From the NCBI RefSeq assembly GCF_963921235.1, contig NC_086097.1, positions 76,820,001-76,884,000 of the forward strand: DNA of 64,000 bases, in the 5' to 3' direction. The first letter of the stretch is position 1. Each line of letters opens with the position of its first letter. The notes beneath the pieces are model-generated. The model did no database searches. It saw only the letters and a list, made by a program, of their open reading frames with translations, and had not been told where the DNA came from. The DNA comes from Mobula hypostoma (taxonomy: Eukaryota). Positions 26,263 through 39,726 of the stretch are shown piece by piece. Made by a program: the position numbers and the translations under genes.

Positions 26263-28200
26263 TAGAGTCATAAAATGCTATAGTAAAGAAACAGGTCCTT
26301 TGGCCATGCCGAACTATTAATCTGCCTCGCCCCACTGATCTGCACCTGGCCCATAGCCCTCCCATCCATGTACCCTTCCAAATTTCTCTTAAGTGTTAAA
26401 ATTAAACTTGCAATTACCACTTTCACTGCCTGCTATTTCCACACTCTCACTACCTTCTGAGTGAAGAAGTTTCTCCTCATGTTCCCCTTAAACATTTTGC
26501 CTTTCACCCTTAACCCATGACCTCTAGTTGCACTCTCACCCGTGCTCAGTGGAAAAAAACCTGCTTGCATTTAATCTGTCTATACCTCTCATAATTTTGT
26601 ATAAATCTATCAAACCTCTCCACGTTCTTCTATGCTCCGGAGTTCTAACCTATTCAAATTTTCCCTATAACTCAGGTCCTCAAGTCCTGGCATCATACTT
26701 GAAAATTTTTGCTTTCAATTTTATTGACATCTCTCCAGTAGGTGGATGACAAAAACAGTACTTCAAATTAGTCCTCATCAACGTCTCCTACAACTTCAAC
26801 ATAACATCCCAACTCTTGTACTCAGTTCTTTGATTTATGAAGGTCAATGAGCCAAGAGCATTCTTTATGATCCTATCTACCTGTAATTCCACTTTCAAAG
26901 AATTATGGATCTCTATTCTCAGATTTCTTGGTTCTACTGCACTCCTCAATGCCCTACCATTCACTGTGTAAGGCCTACCCTGTTTTTTACTCCCAAAATA
27001 CAACACCACAAACTTTTGTCTGCATTACATTTCATCTTCCATTTTCCAGCCCATTTTTCCACTGGTCCACATCCTGCTGCAAGGGTTGATCATTTTCCAC
27101 ACTATCCACCACACCACCAATCTTGGTGTCAACCGCAAATTTGCTGATCCAGTTTACCACTTTATCATCCAGATCGTTGACATAGATGACAAACAATTTA
27201 TGGACCCAACTTGGATCCATAAGACCGTTGATCATAAGACATAGGAACCGAATTAGGCCATCTGGCCGATGAAGTCTGCTCTGCCATTTCATCATGGCTG
27301 ATCCATTTTCCTCTCAGCCCCAATCTCCTGACCTTTCCCCACATCCCTTCATACCCTGACCAATCAAGAATGTATCAACCTCTGACTTAAATATACATAT
27401 AGACCCGACCTCCACGGCTGCCTGTGACGAAGAATTCCACAGACTCACCACTCTCTGGCTAAGGAAATTCCTCCTCATCTCTGTTCTAAAATGATGCTCC
27501 TCTATTCTAAGGATGAGTCCTCTGGTCTTAGACTCTCCCACCATTCAGAAACATTCTCTCCACATCCACTCTATCAAAGCCTTTCACCAATTGATAGGTT
27601 TCAATGAGGTCACCCAGCATCTTCTGAATTCCTGTGAACACAGGCCCAGAGCCATCAAACGCTGTTCGTATGACAAAGCTGTTTAATCCTGGAATCATTT
27701 TCACAAACTTCCTTTGAACTCTTTTCAGTTTCAGCACATACTTTCTAAGATAAAAGGCCCAAGATTGCTCACAATACTTCAAATGAGGCCTCACCAGTGC
27801 TTTATAAGTCTCAACATTACATCCTTGCTTTTATATTCTAGTCCACTTGAAATGAATGCTAACATTGCACTTGCCTTCCTCAACACAGACTCAACCTGCA
27901 AATTAACGTTCACAAGCACCTTCAAGGCCCTTTGCTCCTTATTTTTTGTATTTTCTCTGTTTAGAAAATAGTCAACCCTTTCATTTCTTCTACCAAAGTG
28001 CATGACCATACACTTCCCAACACTGTATTCCATCTGCCATTTCTTTGCCCATTCTTCTAATTTGTCCAAGTCCTTCTGTAACCTCTCTACTTCCCCAAAA
28101 CTACCTGCCCCTCCACCTATCTTTGTATCGTCTGCAAACTTTGCAACAAAGCCATCAATTCCATGATTGTAATCATTAACAAAAATGTAAAAAGAATTAG
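26263..28200 (-). mobile_element. Two adjacent CR1 3' fragments (about 26263-27205 and 27218-28200)
   Basis: ISKFAVDTKIGG, WAKKWQMEY, RPHLKYC and RNFLSQRVV motifs in the ORF track. Confidence 0.88.
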
Positions 28201-28288
28201 TTCCAATTCAGTCTCTCCAATGACAGCACGTCCTTTCTGAGACATGGGGCCCAAAACTGTTGACAATACTCCAAGTGTGACCTGACTA

Positions 28289-28452
28289 GCGATGGTAGTA
28301 GAGATGGATACAATAGGGTGTTTTAACAGACTCTTAGATAGGTATATGGAGCTTAGGAAAAGAGAGGGCTATGCGCTAAGGAAATTCTAGGGAGTTTCTA
28401 GAGCAGGTTACATGGTCAGCGCAACATTGTGGGCCGAAGGGCCTGTAATGTG
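28289..28452 (+). mobile_element. CR1 extreme 3' tail fragment
   Basis: Similar to 5515-5690 (GGGCCGAAGGGCCTGTA..TGCTGTAGAT..CTATGTTCTA). Confidence 0.75.
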
Positions 28453-28749
28453 CTGTAGATTCCTATGTTCTATTTTCCTCACTGCTGCATTAGCTCGCAC
28501 CTGTAGACTCTATGTCTATCTCTCCAACAAATGCAGATGTAAAACAAAAACCTATTTAAAATCTCCACCATCTCTTTTGGCTTTGATTACCACCCTGATC
28601 TTCCAGAGGGTCAGTTTTATCCCTTGCTATCCTTTTTCTCTTAACATAGCTGTAGAAGCCCTTAGGATTCTCATTCATCTTGATTGCTGGAGCAATCTCA
28701 CGCCTTCTTTAGCCTTCCTGATTTCCTTCTCAAATGTTCTCTTATTTAG

Positions 28750-30590
28750 AAGCATAGAAACATAGATAACCTACAGCACAATACAGGCTCTTTGGCCCAC
28801 AAAGCTGTGCCGAACATGTCCTTACCTTAGAAATTACCTAGGGTTACCCCCAGCCCTCTACTTTTCTGAGATCCATGTACCTGTCCAGGAGTTTCTTAAA
28901 AGACCATATCGTTTTTCCCTCCACCACCATCATCGGCAGCCCATACCACGCACTCACCACTCTCTGCGTAAAAAAACTTACCCCTGGTATCTCCTCTTTA
29001 TCAACTTCCAAGTACTTTACAACTCTGCCCTCTTGTGTTAGCCACTTCAGCACTGGGAAGAAGCCTCTGACTATCCACATGATCAATCCCTCTCATTATC
29101 TTGTACATCTCTTACCAACCACTGAAGTAAGACACACTGGATTATAATTTCCTGAGCTATCTCTACTCCCTTTCTTGAATAATAGAACAACATCCGCCAC
29201 CCTCCAATCCTCCGGAACCTCTCCCGTCCCCATTGATGATGCAAAGATCATTGCCAGAGGCTCAGCAATCTCTTCCCTCGCCTCCCACAGTAGCCTGGGG
29301 TACACCTTGTCCAGTCCCGGTGACTTATCCAACTTGATGCTCCAAAAGCTCCAGCACATCCTCTTTCTTAATATCTACATGCTCAAGCTTTTCAGTCTGC
29401 TGTAAGTCATCCCTGCAATTGCCAAGATCCTTTTCTGTAGTGAATACTGAAGTAAAGTACTCATTAAGTACCTCTGCTATCTCCTCCGGTTCCATACACA
29501 CTTTTCCATTGTCACACTTGATTGGTTCTATTCTCTCATGTCTTATCCTCTTGCTTTTCACATACTTGTAGAATGCCTTGGGATTTTCCTTAATCCTGTC
29601 CACCAAGGCCTTCTCATGGCCCCTTCTGGCTCTCCTGATTTCTTTCTTAAGCTCCTTCCTGCTAACCTTTCCCGATCTCATTGGAATGTACCTATGCAGA
29701 ACTCCACGCAAATATCCCCTGAACATTTGCCACGTTTCTTCCGTACATTTCCCTGAGAACATCTGTTCCCAATTTATGCTTCCAAGTTCTTTCCTGATAG
29801 CCTCATATTTCCCCTTACTCCAATTAAATGTTTTCCTAACTTATCTGTTCCTATCCCTCTCCAATGCTATGGTAAAGGGGATAGAATTGTGATCACCATC
29901 TCCAAACTGCTCTGCCACTGAGAGATCTGATACCTGACCAGGTTCATTTCCCAATACCAGATCAAGTATAGCCTCTCCTGTTGTAGGCTTATCTACATAT
30001 TGTGTCAAGAAACTTTCTTGAACACACCTAACAAACTCCACCCAATCGAAACCCTTCGCTCTAGGGACATGCCAATCGATATTTGGGAAGTTAAAATCTC
30101 CCACCACAAAAACCCTGTTGTTATTACACCTTTCCAGAATCTGTCTCCCTATCTGCTCCTCAATGTCCCTGTTACTATTGGGTGGTCTGTAAAAAACACC
30201 CAGTAGAGTTATTGACCCCTTCCTGTTCCTAACTTCCACCCACACACACTCCGTAGACAATCCCTCCAAGCCTTCCTCCTTTTTCTGCAGCCGTGACACT
30301 ATCTCTGATCAACAGTGCCATGCCCCTACCTCTTTTGCATCCCTCCCTGTCCTTTCTGAAACATCTAAAGCCCGGCACTTGAAGTAACCATTCCTGCCCC
30401 TGAGCCATCCCAGTCTCTGTAATGGCCGCAACATCATAACTCCAAGTACTGATCCACACTCTAAGCTCATCAGCTTTGTTCATAATACTCCTTGCATTAA
30501 AATAGACACATCTCAAACCATCGGTCTGAGCGTGTCCCCTCTCTATCACTTGCCTATCCTCCCTCTCGCACTGTCTCCAAGCTTGTCTTA
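28750..30590 (-). mobile_element. CR1 LINE of the same subfamily as 3611-5692, with endonuclease domain and RT core deleted
   Basis: YFNARSI.NK, AITET, FYRPPN, GDFNFP, LDLVL and GDHN motifs; near-identical KELKKEIRRARRGHEKAL segment; deletion junctions near 29110 and 29668. Confidence 0.92.
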
Positions 30591-31574
30591 TAATTTCTTA
30601 TGCTTCTCGAGTATCTCATTTGCTTCTTCCTGCCTACATCTGCTATGTACTTGTTTCTTTTTTTAACCAGGGCCTCAATATCTCAAAAACCAAGGTTCCC
30701 TAGACCTGTTATTCTGACAGGAACATACAAACTCTATTCTCTCAAAATTGCACTTGTGAAGGCATCCCACTTAGCAAGTATGCCTTTGCCAGAAAACAAC
30801 CTGTCCCAGTCACAGTTGCCAGATCCTTTTTGATAATCATTAAAATCGGCCTTCCTCCAATTTAGAATCTCAACACTGAGGATCAGATCTATCCTTCTGC
30901 ATATTTATCTTGAAAGAAATGGCATTATGATCACTAGATGCAAAGTGTTCCCCTACACAATCTTCTGTCACCTGCTGTGTCTCGTTCCCAAATCAGAGAT
31001 CTAGTATTGCACTCTCTCTGGTTAATCCATCTTGCTTTATCATGACTAAAACAACGGAACCCTGGAACACTGAGCTGCCAGTCCTGCCCCTCCTGCAACT
31101 AAGTCTCACTAATGGCTACAACATCATAATTCCACATGCTGATCCATGCCTTAAGCTCATCTGCCTTTCCTACACTTCTCCTTGTAAAGATTCTTTCTTA
31201 TTATTATAAGTATGTTCATAATTGTGGTGTAGCTTTGGATTCTGATTTACCTGTTAGAAGCAATATCAGGCTAAAAAGCAGAGTTGTAACTATATGACAG
31301 TCAAGACAAGTCATATTCCAGGGAGAGATGGTAGTGAGGTTACATGGTCAAAACCCAGTTTGTAATTTGGCCTTTGACTAAGTTATGAGGGCACCATAGC
31401 TAACCTTTAATGAGCATCATCTCTGAGCAGACAGTCACTCCTGGCCTGCATAATTCAAGAAACCATGCTGAGGATGCATAACTTTGAAGGCTGAGTAGGA
31501 TTCTGGCTCTGACTGGGCTGAGCTTGTTCGTCCAATGGTCTGTGAATATTTACTGTCAGGACTCAGTTAGCCTA

Positions 31575-33050
31575 ACCTCAATGGTTGGGTAAGTGTTGGA
31601 GTCTATTATTAAGGATGAGGTTTTGGGCTACTTGGAGACTAATAATAAACAAAGTCAAAGTCAGCATAGTCTCTGGAAAGGGAAATCTTGCCTGACAAAT
31701 CTGTTAGAGTTCTTCGAGGAAGTAACAAGCAGGGCAGTCAAAGGAGAGGCAGTGGATGTTACTTACTTGAATTTTTGGAAGGTATTTGATAAGGTGCCAC
31801 ACATGAGGCTGCTTAACAAGATAAAATGCTATGGCATTACAAGAAAGATACTGGCATGGATAGAGGAATGGCTGACAGGCAGGAGGTAGTGAGTTGGAAT
31901 AAAGGGGGGCTTTTTTGGTTGACTGTCAGTGACTAGGGTGTATATCAGGGTGTATACCACTACTTTTCACGTTGTTTGTCGATGATTTGGATAATGGAAT
32001 TGATGGCTTTGTGGCAAAGTTTGCAGATGATATGAAGATTGGTGGAGGGTTAGGTAGTGCTGAGGAAGCAATGCTTAGACAAATTGGAAGAATGGACAAA
32101 AAAGTGGCAGATGGAATACAGTGTTGGGAAATGTATGATCATGCACTTTGGTAAAAGGAGTAATGGTGCGGGCTATTATCTAAATGAGAAGAAGGTTCAA
32201 ACATCAGACTTAGGAGTCCTCGTGCAAGTCTCCCAGAAAGTTAATTTACAGGTTGAGTCTGTGGTAAAGAAGGCAAATGCAATGTTGGCATTTATTTCAA
32301 GGGGAATAGAATATCAAAGCAAGGAGATAATGCTGAGCCTTTATAAGTCACTAGTCAGGCCGCACTTGGAGTATTGCCAATAGTTTTACATAGAACATAG
32401 AAAATCTACAGCACATTACAAGCCCTTCGACCCACAATGTTGTGCCGACCATGTAACCTACTCTCAAAACTGCCTAGAATTAACCTACTGCATAGCCCTC
32501 TATTTCTCCAAGCTCTTTTGGGCGCCGTATGTCAGAAAGGGTGTGTTGTCTTTGGAGAGAGTCCAGAGGAGGTTCATGAGGATGATTCCGGGAATGAAGG
32601 GGTTAACATATGAGGAACGTTTGGCAGCTTTGGGCCTGTACTTACTGGAATTTAGAAGAATGCCTGGGGTTGGGTGGTGGGGGGTGGGGGGAATCTCTTT
32701 GAAACCTACCGAATGTTGAAAGGACTAGATAGGGTGGATGTGAAGAGAACTAGAGGGCACAGCCTCAAAACTGAGGGGCACACTTTTAGAATGGAGATAA
32801 GGAGGATTTTATTTTAGCCGAAGAGTAGTGAATCTGTGGAATGTTCTGCCACTGACTGCGGTGGAGTTCAATTCCGTGGGTATATTTAAGGTGGAAGTTG
32901 ATCGTTTTCTGATAGTCAGGGCATCAAAGGATATGGCGAGAAAGCAGGTGTATGGGCTTGAATGGGATCTGGGATCAGCCATGATGGAATGGCGGAGCAG
33001 AATTTAAGGCTGAATGGCCTAATTCTGCTTCTATGTCTTATGGTCTTATG
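31575..33050 (+). mobile_element. CR1 RT/3' fragment with a nested minus-strand CR1 tail (32388-32515)
   Basis: GKSCLTNLLEFFE, AKFADD and LVRPHLEYC motifs; nested piece flanked by TTTT. Confidence 0.88.
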
Positions 33051-33264
33051 GAGTGACACTTCATTAATGGTTAATTGGTTAAGGTGACAGAAATCAGTCA
33101 GCGTTGGGGAAGCAGACTCAGCAAAATGCTAATATCTTCAGGGAGAAGTGAGAAAAATTGTTTCAACAAATAAATTGGAATCAGCATTAGCAGGTCATAC
33201 TTAGGGTAAATGACATTTAAATTGTGTTCTCCTGTGCTAATGTCTGATGGGTTGTGTTCATCAG

Positions 33265-33379
33265 GGACATCATAAACAATAAAGTGTTCTATCAGCATCC
33301 AAACCTGATGAGAGTGTTGGGGATGCATGAGACCGTAATGGACGTCATGGTAAGCGTGCTTGGAGGAAACAAATCACAG
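33265..33379 (+). CDS. RYR3: RyR exon F (115 nt): [38 protein letters not shown]
   Basis: ttcatcag acceptor, CAG|gtaa donor; start of RIH-like region. Confidence 0.95.
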
Positions 33380-33856
33380 GTAATTTGATGGAGAGAAGTA
33401 TCCCCAGGTGGGATTTGCTATAAAATTTAAATGCTTGTCTAAGTTTTCATTCTTGATCTACTATTAATCCAATATGAATTGTGCAATCGCTTTTCATTGC
33501 CATTCAACGTATTGTAAATTTTTGCACCTTGGAGATGTGCCCAGTACCTCTGGTGCATTAACTATTGCCAAGAAACCCCTCAGGTCCCTTTCCTACAGAC
33601 TGTTGTCAATTATTCTCTTCCTCTGTACAGGAAATGGGGATTGAATCCTCACTTCCATTCGTCAGAATCTATAAACAACTTACTGGCCTTGGGCAAAATT
33701 GTAAACAAGGTTCAACGTTATTTATTTTCCTACAACAAAGAATGGGGCTATTCAGCCCATTGAGCCGATGCCAACTTCCAGCACAAATTTGTCAATCTCA
33801 TATCCTCATGTATTTCTCTCCTAATCTCTCTCATTGCCCATCAACTCCACCTTAGT

Positions 33857-34530
33857 TCAAAGTTCAAGGTAAATTTATTATCAAAGTTCATATATATCAC
33901 CATATACAACCCTGAGATTCATTTTCTTGCAGGTAATCACAGTAAGTTCAAGAAACACAATAGAGTCAATGAAAGAACACACCCAAAAGGACAGGCAGCA
34001 ACAAAAAAATAACAACAAACTGTACAAATTCAAAAAGAAAGAGAAAAAAAGAAATAATAATATTAATAAATTAACAATAAATAATGAGAACATGAGATGA
34101 AGAATCCTAGAAAGTGAGTCCATAAGTTGTGGGAAAATTTCAATGATGGGGCTAGCGAAGTTGAGTGAAGTTATCCCCTCTGGTCCAAGATCCTGATGTT
34201 TGAGGGGTAATAGCTGTTCCTGAACCTGGTGGTGTGGTTTCTGCAGCTCCCGTACCACCTTCCTGATAGCAGTAACAAGAAGAGAGCATGGTGTAGATGG
34301 TGAGGTTCCTTGGAGATAGATCCTGCTTTCCTGTGACAGTGACCAGTGAATATACTCTCCACCACACATATATAAAAGTTTGTCAAAGTTCTAGATGACG
34401 TGCCAAATCTTCGCAAACTTCTAAGAATGCAGAGATGCTACTGTGCTTTCTTCATAATGGCACTTGCATGCAGGGCCCAGGACAAATTCTCTGAATATAT
34501 AACACCGAGGAATTTGAAGTTGCTGACTCT
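33857..34530 (-). mobile_element. Rex1/Babar-like LINE 3' fragment
   Basis: RRFG.S.RTLTNFY, LLLSGR.Y and TTRFRNSYYP motifs; (TTTGAAC)n tail. Confidence 0.85.
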
Positions 34531-36394
34531 CTTCATTTGACACTAGCAGTAATTTACAGTAATCAATTAGGTTACTAGCCCTGACATCTTTGAAATGTGT
34601 AAGGAAACTAGGGCATTCGGGGAATCCTGTGCTGTCTGTGAAAGAATGTGCAAATTCCATATAGACATCATGAGAGGGCAGGATTGAGCCTCTGTTACCA
34701 AAGTAGTGGGACAGCAGAACCTTCTGCTGCAGTATTGCACTGCCCTTGTCTCTGCTCCTTGTCACCCTGCATGAACCATTGGAAATTTTCAAGCTATTGA
34801 AGAATGTTTAAGATGTTTCAAAAAATGGATGACATGTGAATGAATAGGCGTTTCCAGTTGGACTTCTGCAGGGCTCAGAACTATATACTAGATACTTGTG
34901 TGACACCTGTCAGTGTTTTAGAGGGTAGAGGCAGTTCATGAAGGCAGACATCCATATGCCTTCACCATCCTATCCACCCATGTTGCTACTTATATCATCA
35001 ACATTCTTTAGGTCCCTACCGTCTATTGTATTGGTCCTAGTCTTAACTGACTTACCAAATATATCACCTTGCATTTGTTACGATTTACGTCCATCTGCTA
35101 ATGCTCTGCCCAACTTCTGATCAGTATCCTGCTATAGCCTTAGACAGCCATCCCTACTATAAACACCACCATCAATGTTCATGTCATTTGCAAACTTATA
35201 TTTATACCTTCACACCCAAGTCTTTAATATATATCAGAAGCTAGATTAATTATACTGATACGATCAAAGTACTTGAGCATTATTGAAGGTGTTCTCATTC
35301 AGGCAATTAAACATTGCTCTATGGCTTTCCCGACATGCTGTATAAAGTGTAGAAAAGCCAAATCCCAACTGAATATCAAGTTTCTGGCCTGTTCTAGTGG
35401 ATACAATATTTATGTGGCTAATCCACTAAATTTTCTGTTCACTGGTAACTCCAGGACTGTAATGTTGTGAGGCTTGGCAGTCAAATAATAAAGGAGGTGT
35501 TAAGACCCATTTTGCTGGTGATAGTTATTTTCTGGCTCTTGTATTGATGGTTATTACACTCTTGTCAGTCTGTTTTTAAATCTTACTTGGATCTTGCTGG
35601 TGTTTGCATTGGTTGTATTATACCATAAGGCTCAAGTCTAGCAAATCCTTCCACATTTCTATTCAGCATTCCCATACTCACCACTATAATTTCTGACTGT
35701 TAGGAAGATGAGCTTGCTTAAATAACAAGGTCTGGCAGAAACAGAGGAGGTAATTAGATTGACTCATGAAACTAAGTGGGTACATTTTGATTATTTTAAA
35801 GGAAATAGAGTGTCCATGAACCTAGGTTCAAATCCCAGTTTCAGCAAATGTTTGTAATTAACTAATCATATGAAAAATAGTTAATTAAATGGAAGAGAGG
35901 AGAAATTTACAATAAGCCTCTGCCAATTTGTATTTTCAGTTTTACACTTGTGTACAATCAAAATCTATTACTTTGAGAGAGAGGACTTCCAACACCATTG
36001 AAGTACACCTTTAAAGTGTTCGTGCAAAAGATCAACTTAATGCTGTTTTCAGGACAATTCGTTTTCTCTCCTTAAATGAGAAAAATGGCTGTAGGTACTC
36101 CTCAGAAGAATCTCCCTACGAAATAGATATTCTAAACCAAAGTCAAAACTTTACAACCATCTTTCTTCTTCTAATTTGTTTTTGTGATAAAGGTGGATTT
36201 ATTAATGAAGTCTGACTTCATTTCTAAATCCACCTTCATCTGCAAGCAGGGTGGATTTCAAACATATTCAAATCCTCAATCAAAATGATATTGAGTTCTG
36301 ATGAAAGCTCATCAACTTTAAGAATTAATTCTGTTTCTCTCTCCACAGACCAAACCTAAACTGCATGGGTATTTATTGCATTCCGCTAAGTAAT

Positions 36395-37170
36395 AAGACT
36401 TTATGTAGTGGCACCAGGAGTAGGCCATTTAGATCATCAAGCTTGTTCTGCCATTCAATAAGATTTAACATTCTTCAAGTTGACTTTCCTGATAAACCTT
36501 GATTCCCTTGCTAATTAGAATTTACCTACCTCAGCCTTAAATATACACAAAGACTGTACATGTAACTGGTAAGGAATTTCAAAGACTCTGAATCCTCATC
36601 CCAGTTCCATATCCTGAGGCCATGCTCAATTCAAGTCTCTCCCATAAGAGGAGGTATTTTTTTCAGCACTTACGTTGTCCTGTCCACTTAGAGACATACA
36701 TGTTTCATTAAGATCACCTCTCATTCTTCTGAACTCTGTTGAGTAGAGCCCCATTGTGTTTAACTTTTCCTCGTACAACAATCCCTCCATATACAGGATC
36801 AAACTGGTGAAATTCCTCTGGGCCATCTCCAATAATATAATAGTTTTCATCATTTCGAGGCTCAGTACTCCAGTGCTTTATATCATTGCAATAACACTAC
36901 TCTATGTTTATAAATTCAAATAAGTGCCAACATTTTATGGCCTTCCCTATAACTTGCTGCATTTGTCTGCTGGCTTTTTGTATTTCATGCACAAGCATCC
37001 CCAAGTCCCTTATGTTAGTGCGTTCGCAGTTTATTGCATCAATTCAAATAAAACTCGGTTCTTCTCCCTACAAAATGAGCAACATCACATTTTCCCCATA
37101 TTATACTCCATTTGTCAATGTTTTGCCATTTCTCTTAACCTATCATTGTCTCCTCACATCTTGAACTTTT
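36395..37170 (-). mobile_element. Old CR1 3' fragment
   Basis: ORF 36626..36853 contains LYEEKL..MGLYS.EFRRMRGDL.ET. Confidence 0.75.
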
Positions 37171-37292
37171 CACCATTTCTCCAGATTTTCAGCATCTGCA
37201 GTACTTTTGCCTTTGTGTTGGTATTTGAAGTTTTGTTTGCATTTTAGTTTCAGCAGGCATTTTCTAAAATCTTTTGTATTGCCTCTGCATAG

Positions 37293-37425
37293 GAGATTGC
37301 TTTCCCAGAGATGGTGGCAAGCTGCTGTCGATTCCTGTGTTACTTCTGCCGCATCAGCCGTCAGAACCAGAAGGCCATGTTTGATCATCTCAGTTACTTG
37401 TTGGAAAATAGCAGTGTTGGACTGG
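37293..37425 (+). CDS. RYR3: RyR exon G (133 nt; 130 if the distal AG is used): [44 protein letters not shown]
   Basis: gcatag|GAG acceptor, G|gtacc donor. Confidence 0.93.
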
Positions 37426-38150
37426 GTACCTTGTTTAATTTTAACTGATGAGATCGTTTCATGTGAACACGTGCACAAGTTCTCCAGTTTCTGCATTTAT
37501 GTTTGCCAAAGATTCTTTTTTTTAAATTACATTGAAATATTTTGGAAGCTACTTTTAATACTTTCACAGTTTCAGATTAGAACATGCTCTGCAAAACAAA
37601 ACATTCAAGTTTAGATGGTCCATTGTTTTACTGTTATGCTGGTTCATTTCTGAAGTGTTCATAAGGGTTCATAAGGCACAAGGCTATATAAATAACTCTT
37701 TTATCAAGTTTCTTTCTTTGGCATGTCATATTTAACACAGCTTTCAGTGCTGATTATATTTCTAAGAATATCTTAAACAGTAGCAGTAGTCAACAACAGG
37801 ATCTTCTCCTATTATTATTGAATACTAGTGACATACTAGTGGTATTAAGTGGAAAAATAGCATTTGGGAGTGGCCCACAATGACAGGTGCCAAAGTTGAT
37901 CTGTGAATTTGACGTTGGAATTTTATTCTAGTACTTTTGTTGAAAATGAAGATAACCCTTCTCCACATGCACATATAGGAGAGGCTGCCCTCTGCTGAAT
38001 GAATGATTGAACTGCAAATGCAGTTCCTTGCGTGGATTAGGGCTTTGGAACAATCTCTAAACTGTGGTCGTATATTGTTAATGGTTATTTTGGTTTATCG
38101 ACAGAAGTAAAAATTATATTATTGTAAATGCACTTATTCTTTCGAAACAG

Positions 38151-38254
38151 CATCCCCCAGTATGCGAGGTTCCACTCCTCTAGATGTAGCAGCTGCCTCT
38201 GTGATGGACAACAACGAGCTGTCACTTGACTTGCAGGAACCTGACTTGGAAAAG
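38151..38254 (+). CDS. RYR3: RyR exon H (104 nt): (A)[34 protein letters not shown]
   Basis: aaacag acceptor, AAG|gtaa donor. Confidence 0.95.
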
Positions 38255-38761
38255 GTAACTCAACTAATATAGGGTCAATATCACCTTACACTGATTTTCT
38301 TATATCTGAAGCATTTCGGGAGGATCCTCGGTGCATTTCAATACTTTGAATCATCTTAGGGACTAATTCAACTAAAGAACATTTGCAAAAAGGCTTCAGA
38401 ATGTTTGGATGCATTGTTTTTGCTTCGCGCCACACAGCAGTAAGCAGCAGAGTTTTAATACATGGTTTCTTGTTGGTGTGTTTTAATTCATTTTGTTTAT
38501 TTTTGGGTGCTTTATTTCTTGTGGCACTGTTAATTTGAGTACTTATTTAACCTGCTCTTTGCTACTAACCTAAAATTCATGGTGATGTATGATGAGTGGG
38601 ATTCCCAAAATGCCATTGGAAGAAGCTTGCAAGAGGGGAACACCATTTTCTCAAATAAAAGAACTTGGAAGATTGAAGGCACAGAGTGGTTTCATGGGTT
38701 TAGGATGAAGGTGTCATTTTGACATTGTGCTTTTTGTGCAAGGTGGTGCAAAGCAAAGCAT

Positions 38762-38966
38762 CACACACAGAGTGCTGGAAGAACTCAGTGGGCCAGGCAG
38801 CATCTACGGGAAAGAGTAAACAGCTGACATTTCAAGCCGAGACCCTGATGAAGGTTTACTCTTTTTTTTGCTCTTTTCCATAGATGATGCCTGGCCCACT
38901 GAGCTCGTACAGCATTAAGTGTGTGTTGCTTTGGATCTCCAGGATCTGTAGATTTTCTTGTGTTTG
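38762..38966. mobile_element. Miniature fold-back Penelope-like tail element
   Basis: About 58-nt inverted arms (CTCAGTGGGCCAGGCAGCATCTA / TAGATGATGCCTGGCCCACTGAG); centre carries CCGAGACCCTGATGAAGG. Confidence 0.75.
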
Positions 38967-39590
38967 GCATAAAACAAGTTCAGGTCTTCCCCAGCACATA
39001 GTTAGGTTCCATTGTTATGAGCTGTTCATAACCTGAGCAGTTTGTGAATCAGAAATGGGTCAGAAACTAATTTCCCACATGGCAGAAAATGCCTGCTGTC
39101 CTGCAGCAACTGGAAAATCTAACCCATCGATCTCCCAAGCACTTATTCACATGTATGGGCTGCACATAACTCTGATGTTTGTTAGCTGGGGACAAGCTGA
39201 ATGCAATCATGGAAATGCAGGTGTCATAAATTGTGGTGGGGAAACAGTTTTCTTTAGCCTGGTATGAAATGCATTTGCTCGGTAATTAAATTTTACATAT
39301 AGGACAACGCATCTTGTTAGCTTAGTGGATTAGTTACAACAGCGTAAGTTAAAATGTGAATAACCTGAACAAATGTGAGGATGAAACTAATGAAGGTTAT
39401 GTTCACAAGGACGTCTCTCCAAGTATAACATCTAAAGAGTAATTACAGAATTTTTTTGGCTGAGATCATTAACTTGCAAGTGTTTTATTATGATGTCACA
39501 AGTTATAAATGTTAAGTAAGCTAATGACAATATATATTGTTTCAATTATAAAAGTGGTATAAATAACAGATGAATGCTTCCATTTGTCAG

Positions 39591-39726
39591 GTGGTGACCT
39601 ATCTTGCTGCATGTGGCTTACAGAGCTGCCCAGTGCTAGTGGCCAAAGGTTATCCTGATATTGGCTGGAATCCTATTGAAGGAGAACGTTATCTGCTGTT
39701 CTTACGATTTGCAGTCTTTGTCAATG
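39591..39726 (+). CDS. RYR3: RyR exon I (136 nt): [13 protein letters not shown]...[15 protein letters not shown]...FAVFVN(G)
   Basis: tttgtcag acceptor, G|gtaag donor. Confidence 0.95.
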
